Assembly (NCBI GenBank): GCA_038150305.1
Contig: JAYOTG010000008.1
Location: forward strand, 8,380 to 72,379
Direction of reading: 5' to 3'
From: Candidatus Poseidoniales archaeon
Lineage (GTDB): Archaea > Thermoplasmatota > Poseidoniia > Poseidoniales > Poseidoniaceae
Length of the DNA stretch: 64,000 bases
Each line of letters starts with the position of its first letter. Within the stretch, counting starts at the first letter, position 1. Below are positions 43,552 to 52,090 of this stretch, one piece after another. Below the pieces are notes generated by a model. It was not told the origin of the DNA. It made no database searches and saw only the letters and a list, made by a program, of their open reading frames with translations. Position numbers and translations under genes: made by a program.

Positions 43552-46500
43552 CGGCCCAAGGTCTTCGCCTTCTGGCCCGCACAACCGAATCCCGCCGCGG
43601 GAGAAGGGGCACTTCTTGCACGGTTCTGCAGCGGCCGCCGCAAGCCTTGGCGGCTCCGGGACGGCCGCCGGATCAACCGACAACTGCGCCTTCCAGCGCA
43701 TGATCCGCTGCGCTTCGGCGCGGTGAGCGTCGTATTCCTCGGCCGTCATCTCGACCATGCGCCCAGTCGCCGCCACGAGCAGAGCGGGCGGCAGGACGGT
43801 CCGGCGCTGGGCCTCCGGCCGGCCGGCTTCCTGTGCTTCGAGCGCCATGGAGTAGAGGGTCAACTGGAGCGCGTAATGCTCCAATTCCTCACGTTCGGCT
43901 TGGGTGCGTCCGTCGTCCCCAATGGCGCTGAGGTCCTGCAGGGCGTGCCCTTCATTCACGTCATCAGGACGGTACGGGGCCAGGCAACCGGTGGTCTTCA
44001 GGTCAACCACCTGCAGGCAGGCGCCTGCCTCGTCGTCCTGCAGCGCGAGCACGAGGTCCATGCGTCCCTCGACTTCAGCGATGGGGCGTGGCACGGTGGC
44101 CACACTGGCGCGCCCTTCCCGCCTCCAACGCGTCACGGGCAAGGCTTCGCCGGCCACCTCAAGCATCGCAAAGAAGGGGTGCTCAGTCCTCAGGCCGTCG
44201 AGGAGACGGCCGTGCTGCTGCTCGCCAAGGGCCAAACCACCCAAGCGACCACGTTGAATCAAACCGAGCAGGTGCTTCATGCGCTCGAGGACGAGAGGGT
44301 GGTCGCTCATCACGAGGCCATGCTCTTCGAACACCCGCTGCAAAACGCCGTCGTCCAGCAAGCGGTCCGGTTGCCTTCCCGTCCATGAGGCGGGCAGCGG
44401 CGGCTGCGCTGCATCCTCCGCAGGGTTTTGCAAGCCGAGCTCGAGGACCCGGTGCATCATGGTGCCAAAGACGGTCGGGGCCGGCCAATCCACAGCGACC
44501 TCGTGCGCGTCGCTGCTGCGCGGCTTGACCTCGAGGCCGTCCTCGTCCGTGGTGGTCCGCTGTCCGAAGGCCTCCGGACGCCACCCTCGAACCCGCTCAA
44601 GCCAATGGCGGCGAGGGCACGCCTTCGCGGCATCGAGCCCGTGAGGCGTGACCCGCAAACGGTGATCCACGGACATGACGAGGTGCTCTTCTGGCGCCTC
44701 GACCTCCTCCAACCTGGCCAGCGTGGCCTCCAGACGACCCAAGGGCGTGGTCGTGGTCGGGTCAGAGGCCGCCTCGGGGTCGTGTACGATGAGCAAGGAA
44801 GGCACGCACGCTTCGCCCAGGCCCGCGTTCGCCAACAGGACCGCTGGATCAAGATGCAGGGCTTGCCCCTTCTCGATGGGCACGGGACACCACGGGGAAT
44901 CGTCGCCGTCGACCGATTGACCAAGTTCAGCAAGGGCTTCCATCCAGTGGTCGCCGAAGGTTCGGGTCGAGGCTTCGCTGATGGGAAGGGTCAGGCACCC
45001 TGAATCGTCCACCGTGGCCTTCTCAGGAGCACCGGCCACGATGAGGTGACGCTCAACGCGCGTCAGGGCCACGTAGAATTGGCGGGCACGCTCGGCCTTG
45101 GCCTGCGCATCGCCCAGTCCTTTCGCCATCCGCCACAAGCCGTCGTTCGGCGCGGGCAAAGAGGGCCAAGGCCGCGGTCGAGCCACGACCAAATCGGGTA
45201 AGACGCGGACGTTGTCGCGTGCTTCTTGGCTCGCGTCTTGACGACCTGCTGAAAACAGACCGGCCACCACCACCACGTCGCGTTCAAGGCCCTTGGCGTT
45301 GTGAATCGTCATGATTTCCACCGCGCCACCTGAGGGCTCCACAATGGCTGGAGGGCCGTCGCGCTGAAGGCCGGCAAGGGCGGTCAAGCGCTCGTGGAGG
45401 ACCACAGGGTCGCTGCCTTCGGACTGGCTCATGCCACGCACCATCAGGGCGAAGCGCTCGGCATGTTGGCGCTCGGCATCGGTGCATTGGGCCACGAGAA
45501 GATCGGATTCGTCCAGCAAGGTGTCAATGACGGCATGGATGGCGCCTGCCTCCGCAAGGGCCTGACATCGACGTGCCACCTCGGCGTGATGATTTGGCGC
45601 CACGGTCAGGGCCTGCCAAACGTTGCCCGATGCTTCCAAGCGTGCGAACGCCTCGGGCAGGGTGGCGTCGTCCAAACCGAAGGCGCACGAGCGTGCAAGG
45701 ACCGCCAGAGCGTGCGCAGAATCGGGGCGAGCCAAGGCTTCGACGGCCGCGACCAGAGGCTGAACCACGGCTTGCTCGAGCAGGTTGCCTTGGCGGTCGA
45801 CCATCACCGGAACGCCCCGTGCGCGCAGCCGGTCGACAAGGTCGGCCGAACGGGAGCGCGCGTGCACGAGAACGAGAACCTGTGCGGGATCCACGGGCCC
45901 GTCACCGTCAACTTCGGTCCCGTCGCTGAGACGGATGGGGGTGCCCATCACCAAGGCCGCGATGCGCGCCGCGATGAGCTCGTTCTCAAGATGGACCGCC
46001 TTCGAGCGCGGGTCGTTGAACGGCGACAGCGGGACGTTGAGGTCGTCGCTGACCGTGCCGTCCTCACGCCGGACCGGAACCAACCATTCCATGCGTGGCG
46101 TGCCCTCGACGACCGCCATCGGATCCAAGCGTTGCGGGTCGGCGTACCATTCCCCGTCCATGCTTCGACTTGAGGGGCCGAGAACGGTTTGGAACACCCC
46201 GTTCAGGGTCTCCATCACCACGGGAGCAGTTCGGAAATTTTCGTCCAATTCGATGTGCCCCTCGCTTCGGCGTGCCACCACCGCTTCATCGGCGGGAACG
46301 CCGGGTCGCAAGACGCCATAATGGACGATGCCCCAGGGGCGCCCCGCTTCACCCGGTACGTGCTCGGTTGCTTCGTGGTAGTTGCCCGCCACCCCACCGT
46401 CTCCTTCAGGGCGCGGATCGCGTCCTGCGCCTTCGGTGCGGTACGGCGCCAAGCGGGGCTCGTCAGCCTCCAAGCGGTTCATGCATCGGATGGCAGTGGT

Positions 46501-48435
46501 GGTGGAGCGCATGACGCGCACGTCGGCTTGGCGGAAACGGTAGATGGACTGCTTCATGTCGCCGACCACGCACACCGTCGGGTCCCACAGGCTCTGTGGG
46601 CCACTTGGCTCATCTTTCGTTCGATGACGCGGCCCCCACAGTCGAGCCAGCAGGCGCAGGTGTGCAGGGTTGGTGTCCTGAAACTCATCGATGATGAAGG
46701 CCCGGAATTCACGGCGCAGCCGCTTGAGACGATACCACCAGCGCTGGATCTCTTCGACCAACGCCGTGTCTTCACCGGCCAGAACGATGGCCCGTTCAAC
46801 GTGCGCGTCGTTCCAAGGGCCCTGCTCCCCGTCCGGAGAAACGACGGCTGGATGGTCAAGGGCGCGCACCACGTCTTCGGGCCACACGCCGCGATGGGCC
46901 TCAGGGCAGCGGGCCAAGAGTAGGTCGGCCGCCATGCGCTGGACGTCCTCGAAATCGATGAGCCCTCGCTCGGCCTTGATGATGTTGAGGGCCCGTCCGT
47001 TGGCTTCGTGCACCACGAACACGTCCTCCATCAGCCCAGCCGCAAAGGATGCTCCCGTGCACAGGCTGCCTTCAGGCGGCGCGACCGGGAGCGGATGGTC
47101 GAGGGTCGAGGGCCAAAGATCGGCTTCTGAAGGAACGAAGGTGTAGGCGAGTCCTGGTTCGAGTTCCAAGGCCGCCGTGGCCAAGGTCGCCCACCAGCGG
47201 TGTTGAGGGTCCTCGAACAGCGCGACGATGTCGGCTTTGCACGCCTCGAGGCCATCGATGTACGCCAACTTGGCCTCATCGGCGTTCTTGCTCCGCTTTG
47301 GCGCACCGCAGCCTGCGGGCCAACCGCCGTCCTTTGGTAAGGCGTTGCTCGGGAAGCACGAGGCAAACAGCCCCTTGGAGAGGTTCGTCTCGCTCATGAC
47401 GATGCGCAGTGCACCGTACAACCAGCGGAGTTGACCCCAAGCGTCCTCGGGAAAATCTTGATCGCACCAGCGGCGCAATTCACGGAAACGTGTTTGATCG
47501 TGACCCAACGCCGTTTCCTTTGGCACGACGTGGTCCTGAGCCCGCGTCAACACGTGGCCATGCCAAGCCAGAAGCGCTTGGCGAAGGTCGGTCAAGAACG
47601 ACGTCAACGCCGGGCCATCAGCCAACGCAGCCACCATCGCCCGGAGGCTGGCCTCGTCCACGGGTTGCCCATGGGTGGACGCGTGGAGTTCCCGCCGTGC
47701 TTCGGCCACGAAAGCACCGTTCCGCAGCATGGCGCTGAACACGCGATGCGCGGCGCCATGACCGCCCAACGCGGAAGCCACGCGGTCGCGCGCTTCGATG
47801 ATCGCGCTCCCGTTTGGGATTTGGAACGCGGTGGCGTCGGTTGGATTCCGGAGTCGCCACACGGCCGCGATCGCGGTGTCGTGCAGCGTTTCCATGCCTT
47901 CTTCTGGCACGTGCCCATCGACCCTGCGCGGCATCAACTCGTCGATGTAAGGCGCAACGAGGCGGTTCAGGAAGGCGTCAATGGTGGTCACCGGGGCGTC
48001 GTCGAGCAGCGACGACAGGAGGTCCACCACGCCCTCTGCTCGGCCGCGCCACCGCACGTCGACGATGCCCTCATCGTCGCCTTCAACGGCCTCGCCACGG
48101 ATCGCGGTGATGCGCCGCTTGATGCGTGAGCGCAGGGCTGCTGCAGCTTTGCGGGTGAACGTGATGGCCACGACCTCGGTCGGCAAGAGGCCGGGCCAGG
48201 CCTCTGGGGTCAGCCGGTCCCGCGGAGCGGCCAGCGAGGCTCCGGCACCGGGGCGGTTTGGCCGCGTCCCGGCAGGCGTGAGCAGGGTCGCGCGCTGTGC
48301 TGCGGTCAGCAAGTGCTGCACGTAGCGCTCGGCCATCACCGTGGTCTTCCCCGTGCCGGCGCCGGCGTCCAGCACGATGTGGCGGTCGAGGTCCAAGCCA
48401 AGCCGTTGGGCGTGGCGGAACGGGTGCTGCATCAG
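43546..48435 (-). CDS. addA: AddA/RecB-like ATP-dependent helicase-nuclease (UvrD-family SF1 motor plus a C-terminal PD-(D/E)XK nuclease)
   Basis: The Walker A motif is 'VLDAGAGTGKTTVMAERY'. The C-terminal RecB-nuclease motifs are 'GRMDLVLAL...LQVVDLKTTG' and 'EHYALQLTLYSMAL'. The protein is about 1630 aa. The start ATG at 48435 overlaps the TGA of upstream addB (ATGA). Confidence 0.85.
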   Translation of the reverse strand: MMQHPFRHAQRLGLDLDRHIVLDAGAGTGKTTVMAERYVQHLLTAAQRATLLTPAGTRPNRPGAGASLAAPRDRLTPEAWPGLLPTEVVAITFTRKAAAALRSRIKRRITAIRGEAVEGDDEGIVDVRWRGRAEGVVDLLSSLLDDAPVTTIDAFLNRLVAPYIDELMPRRVDGHVPEEGMETLHDTAIAAVWRLRNPTDATAFQIPNGSAIIEARDRVASALGGHGAAHRVFSAMLRNGAFVAEARRELHASTHGQPVDEASLRAMVAALADGPALTSFLTDLRQALLAWHGHVLTRAQDHVVPKETALGHDQTRFRELRRWCDQDFPEDAWGQLRWLYGALRIVMSETNLSKGLFASCFPSNALPKDGGWPAGCGAPKRSKNADEAKLAYIDGLEACKADIVALFEDPQHRWWATLATAALELEPGLAYTFVPSEADLWPSTLDHPLPVAPPEGSLCTGASFAAGLMEDVFVVHEANGRALNIIKAERGLIDFEDVQRMAADLLLARCPEAHRGVWPEDVVRALDHPAVVSPDGEQGPWNDAHVERAIVLAGEDTALVEEIQRWWYRLKRLRREFRAFIIDEFQDTNPAHLRLLARLWGPRHRTKDEPSGPQSLWDPTVCVVGDMKQSIYRFRQADVRVMRSTTTAIRCMNRLEADEPRLAPYRTEGAGRDPRPEGDGGVAGNYHEATEHVPGEAGRPWGIVHYGVLRPGVPADEAVVARRSEGHIELDENFRTAPVVMETLNGVFQTVLGPSSRSMDGEWYADPQRLDPMAVVEGTPRMEWLVPVRREDGTVSDDLNVPLSPFNDPRSKAVHLENELIAARIAALVMGTPIRLSDGTEVDGDGPVDPAQVLVLVHARSRSADLVDRLRARGVPVMVDRQGNLLEQAVVQPLVAAVEALARPDSAHALAVLARSCAFGLDDATLPEAFARLEASGNVWQALTVAPNHHAEVARRCQALAEAGAIHAVIDTLLDESDLLVAQCTDAERQHAERFALMVRGMSQSEGSDPVVLHERLTALAGLQRDGPPAIVEPSGGAVEIMTIHNAKGLERDVVVVAGLFSAGRQDASQEARDNVRVLPDLVVARPRPWPSLPAPNDGLWRMAKGLGDAQAKAERARQFYVALTRVERHLIVAGAPEKATVDDSGCLTLPISEASTRTFGDHWMEALAELGQSVDGDDSPWCPVPIEKGQALHLDPAVLLANAGLGEACVPSLLIVHDPEAASDPTTTTPLGRLEATLARLEEVEAPEEHLVMSVDHRLRVTPHGLDAAKACPRRHWLERVRGWRPEAFGQRTTTDEDGLEVKPRSSDAHEVAVDWPAPTVFGTMMHRVLELGLQNPAEDAAQPPLPASWTGRQPDRLLDDGVLQRVFEEHGLVMSDHPLVLERMKHLLGLIQRGRLGGLALGEQQHGRLLDGLRTEHPFFAMLEVAGEALPVTRWRREGRASVATVPRPIAEVEGRMDLVLALQDDEAGACLQVVDLKTTGCLAPYRPDDVNEGHALQDLSAIGDDGRTQAEREELEHYALQLTLYSMALEAQEAGRPEAQRRTVLPPALLVAATGRMVEMTAEEYDAHRAEAQRIMRWKAQLSVDPAAVPEPPRLAAAAAEPCKKCPFSRGGIRLCGPEGEDLGPL

Positions 48436-51400
48436 CGGCCACCTCCAAGATGAGCCACGCCACACGCCGAGGCGACCGAACAGGTTGAGCACGCTTTGGA
48501 CGGCGTGGGGTTCACGTGACCTTCGCCAGCCGCCTGCACCGCCTTGGCCATGGTCAGCGCGCGCTCCTCCAGCCACCGACGGAAGGAGGAGGAGGAGGTC
48601 CCGTCACCCAGTGTGGCCGGGTGCGTTTGCCACACGTGCGAGGTCACCTGCCCGAGCTCCAACCCTTCGAGCACCTCGCTCCATGCGGTGTCCACCTCGA
48701 CATGGTGCCACGTCGCTGCACCCACGGACGAAATGCCGACGCCAATGACGCGGTCGTTGGGGCGCGCAGCCTCCCACGCGAGGGCGTATGCCGCCAGTTG
48801 AACCTCGTCGTAAAGGGCCCGGAGATGACGCTCCTGCTCCTTTCCTCGCCGTGGCCCGATGACGCTCTTGACGTCGCGAAGGATGACCAGGCGCTCGGGC
48901 CCTTCCTCGCCGATGAGCCCCGCCTCGATGGCCGCTTGTCGGCGGGCCTCGTCCAGGATGACCTCATCGGCACGGTCGATACGGCAACGGAGCGGTTGGG
49001 GCTCAACGTTATCGCTCAAGCGCACCGTTGGCACCTCACCCTGATCGTTGACGATGGCCCATTCCGTCGCGAGTGGAGCCACGCCCGAAAGGCGCGCATC
49101 AGCCTGCAGCAAACGCCCCAGCTCGCCTTGTGGCGTGCTGGCGGGGCCGGGCGTGGTGGCGCCTGCTGGTGCATCGCCCATCGCCGCACGGCGTCGATGC
49201 ATCGCAACAGCGTCGGTTCGTCCAAGCCACGGCGTTTGCTCGAACACCGCATTGATGACGTCAATCCAATGGGCGTTGATGTCGTCAGGAGAAAACGCAG
49301 AGAGATCTGACGTCCGCCATCCCTCCTCCGACCATGTGCCAAAGGCCCGGAGGGACGCTTCCTCGAACCGATGAACGAGGTCACCCTGCTCTCGACGATC
49401 CACGTCCTCAGCGCTCAGGTCCTCGCCGCTGACGCCGAAGGCTTGTTCCAACCATGCCTTTCGCGGGCACACCACCCATCCTTGCAAACGGCTGGGCGAC
49501 CATGCACTGGCCTCGTAACCTTGTGCTTCAGCACCAATGACCGCGTGCAATGCACCGTCGCCAAGGGTTGGAGGCGCGAGCGGACGAGGATCCATGGACA
49601 CCGAGACCACGTTTCCATTGAGGCGGAGGCCGAGGTGGGGCCAACCGTCCACCGACGCAACCTTCCGACCCTTGCCTATGGCCGAAGGAGTGGGCCGCAG
49701 GTTGAGCCGTGTGGTGGTCTGCAAACGGGCCGCGTCGCTCCAAGGCAGCACCTCGTTCGTTGCCAAGGCTTGAAGGTCGGGTTGACGGCGCTCACGGTCC
49801 TGAAGCACGTTCGGAGCGGCCGCGGCGAGGAGCGCTCCGCGGTTCACGGAAGCATGCAGGTCTCGACCGGCGTCGAGATCCAATCCGGTGCGTTGTCGCA
49901 CGTCCCTTCTGGCACGGCCCGCCCGCCCCGCTTGCCCGTTGCGGAAGCCACCAGGTCGAGGTTGAAGCGCCCCGTCGCCGTCGAGCGTCCACAGCCCATG
50001 GACGTCATCCCCTTCGTTGGTTGTGAACCAAGCGGGACCTGCGGTGTTCAACCCGGTCCAACGTCCGGTTCTGCGGACGTGAAGCAGCCACTCCGCAAGC
50101 GGCGGTGATGGACCTGCTCCTTCTTCTGCTGAGGTGTCGAACACGACGGTAGAAGAGCTGAACGCCACGAGTTGGGCCAGGGCGTAGCGGGCTCGACGGA
50201 TGGGCAAATCTCCGTCGAAAAGCCCGAGACTCACGCGGCTGGCGCGGTCGCACCACGGCAAATCAGCAGGACGCATGGACCACGCTTCGTCGTCAAGGCC
50301 GCTCAGCACGGTGAGGCCACTCGGGCGTCCAAGCGCCTCGTCCACGGAAGTGACGATCACGTCCGCGCCCTCCGCCCCAGCGGGTGCACGCGGAGGATCG
50401 CCTGCCATGACCTCCATCGCCTCAACGGCTTTGCCACCGCTCGCATCAGGTGCAAGCCCCACGTCAAGCCGTTCCTTCAGCAGATGGAGTCCGGCGACGC
50501 TGGCGTCGAAATTTGAGGTCCGAGATCGGAGCATGGACCAATCCGCGGCGTTGAGCATCATGTCGAACCATGCGTGCAGCGAGGTTGGAGGGGTCGGAAG
50601 AGGAAGGTTGGCTTCGCTGATCGGACCGACGGGAGCATCGCTGGCTTGAGCATCGGAGATGGGCGACCAGAGCGCAGCGATGCATTCCAGCCACCAGTAC
50701 GTTTCTTCGATCTGCTGACGTTGATGGGCCAAGCGCCCCCGATGCGGGTTCGGGCGCATGGTGCTCATGACACGCTGCCAGCGTCGAAGGGCCCCATGGC
50801 CTCCACGAAGGTGAGCCGTCCGGGCTACGGTGCGCAAGAGGTCAACGTGCCCACGTGGACGCCACGAGGCTTCCGAAGGGTGCGTCAACGCTCCGGTTTT
50901 GGCCATCTCAAAGCCAAGGGAAGCACCCCCGGCCAGTTCGATGAGGTCTTCGACGCTCCACGCCTCTGGTCCAGAGCCGGCCTTCGCAGCCCGCAACATC
51001 CCGCTCACGGCCCGTGAGGGAGAGGGTGAAGCGCGATGGCTGACGGTCAGACCGTGACCACGGAGTTCGTCCACCATGGCGTCGCGTCGCCCTTCGTCCG
51101 CATCGACGATCATGACTGGCCCCTCCATTCCAGCAGCACGGTGCTGCAGCGCGAGGTCGACCGCGGCCATGGGGCCATGGCTGCGGCGCTGCAAGGCCAC
51201 GCGCTGCACGCCTTCGACGTGCGCATCGACGACGTCCCAGCCCCGCGCGTCGACGACCGCGGGTTCATGGTGCGGAAGCCATGCCGGAACATCGGTTGCT
51301 GCAGCAACAGGATGGACGTCCGCCAAAATGGCGCCACCAAATCCCGTACGCATGGCGCCAGGCGTTCGCAAAACGTGCACGTCAACGAAGCGCTCGACGG

Positions 51401-52004
51401 CGGCGAACAAGGCAACCACGGAAGCGCCGTGATCGGGTGGAGCAGGAAGAAGAAGGATGCCGTCCACGTTCGCAAGCATGAACGGTGGAGCGTTCATGTC
51501 TCGCTTCTCGAGGCTTTCCGTGACGTGCCGCGTGACCAAGCCCGGATGAAGCCGGCCGGACGCCGCTTCCACCTGTTCGATGGCTTCAGCAAAGGGACCC
51601 AAGCCAGGATCGTCGTCCCAAGCCGCCTGCTCCAAACCTTCCTCAGCCAGGCGGTCATGCAGCCTGAGCAGGCGCTCCGTTCGTCCAATGCTCCACGTGG
51701 AGGCAGGCAGCAAGAAGGCACCAGATTCGGCCAAGGCGTGGCACGCTTCATTCAACGCGAGCAGGTGAAGCGCGGGGTCCGCGTGTGCTTCGGGAAGGCC
51801 AACGTCCGCGCGGAGGTGACGCAAAAAGCGTCCAAGCGTGGTGATGCGCGATGCATCAATCCCGCCACCGTCCCGTGCCATGCGACGCACGTGATGGCGG
51901 CGCTCGCCTTCTGTCGCGCAGATGACGAGAACGGATTCCCGGGACATCGCCTCGTCCACCCACGATGGGAGTGGGCCGAAGGGAACGACCTCGAGGGACG
52001 GCAT
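48432..52004 (-). CDS. addB: AddB-like nuclease subunit with a degenerate N-terminal motor and a C-terminal PD-(D/E)XK nuclease with Fe-S cluster cysteines
   Basis: The ORF is 1190 aa with no intact P-loop. The C-terminus reads 'LRCRIDRADEVILDEARRQ...LVILRDVKS...YDEVQLAAYALAW' (nuclease motifs). It is followed by 'KACSTCSVASACG', which with the upstream Cys gives the AddB-type C...CX2CX5C iron-sulfur staple. Confidence 0.8.
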   Translation of the reverse strand: MPSLEVVPFGPLPSWVDEAMSRESVLVICATEGERRHHVRRMARDGGGIDASRITTLGRFLRHLRADVGLPEAHADPALHLLALNEACHALAESGAFLLPASTWSIGRTERLLRLHDRLAEEGLEQAAWDDDPGLGPFAEAIEQVEAASGRLHPGLVTRHVTESLEKRDMNAPPFMLANVDGILLLPAPPDHGASVVALFAAVERFVDVHVLRTPGAMRTGFGGAILADVHPVAAATDVPAWLPHHEPAVVDARGWDVVDAHVEGVQRVALQRRSHGPMAAVDLALQHRAAGMEGPVMIVDADEGRRDAMVDELRGHGLTVSHRASPSPSRAVSGMLRAAKAGSGPEAWSVEDLIELAGGASLGFEMAKTGALTHPSEASWRPRGHVDLLRTVARTAHLRGGHGALRRWQRVMSTMRPNPHRGRLAHQRQQIEETYWWLECIAALWSPISDAQASDAPVGPISEANLPLPTPPTSLHAWFDMMLNAADWSMLRSRTSNFDASVAGLHLLKERLDVGLAPDASGGKAVEAMEVMAGDPPRAPAGAEGADVIVTSVDEALGRPSGLTVLSGLDDEAWSMRPADLPWCDRASRVSLGLFDGDLPIRRARYALAQLVAFSSSTVVFDTSAEEGAGPSPPLAEWLLHVRRTGRWTGLNTAGPAWFTTNEGDDVHGLWTLDGDGALQPRPGGFRNGQAGRAGRARRDVRQRTGLDLDAGRDLHASVNRGALLAAAAPNVLQDRERRQPDLQALATNEVLPWSDAARLQTTTRLNLRPTPSAIGKGRKVASVDGWPHLGLRLNGNVVSVSMDPRPLAPPTLGDGALHAVIGAEAQGYEASAWSPSRLQGWVVCPRKAWLEQAFGVSGEDLSAEDVDRREQGDLVHRFEEASLRAFGTWSEEGWRTSDLSAFSPDDINAHWIDVINAVFEQTPWLGRTDAVAMHRRRAAMGDAPAGATTPGPASTPQGELGRLLQADARLSGVAPLATEWAIVNDQGEVPTVRLSDNVEPQPLRCRIDRADEVILDEARRQAAIEAGLIGEEGPERLVILRDVKSVIGPRRGKEQERHLRALYDEVQLAAYALAWEAARPNDRVIGVGISSVGAATWHHVEVDTAWSEVLEGLELGQVTSHVWQTHPATLGDGTSSSSFRRWLEERALTMAKAVQAAGEGHVNPTPSKACSTCSVASACGVAHLGGGR

Positions 52005-52090
52005 GCGCAGAAGACGCCGTCAGGGTTCTTGAACACCTTGCGCGGTGTGGACGGTGCTGCTTCAAAAGGGCTCACGGTTCATGTTTGAAG

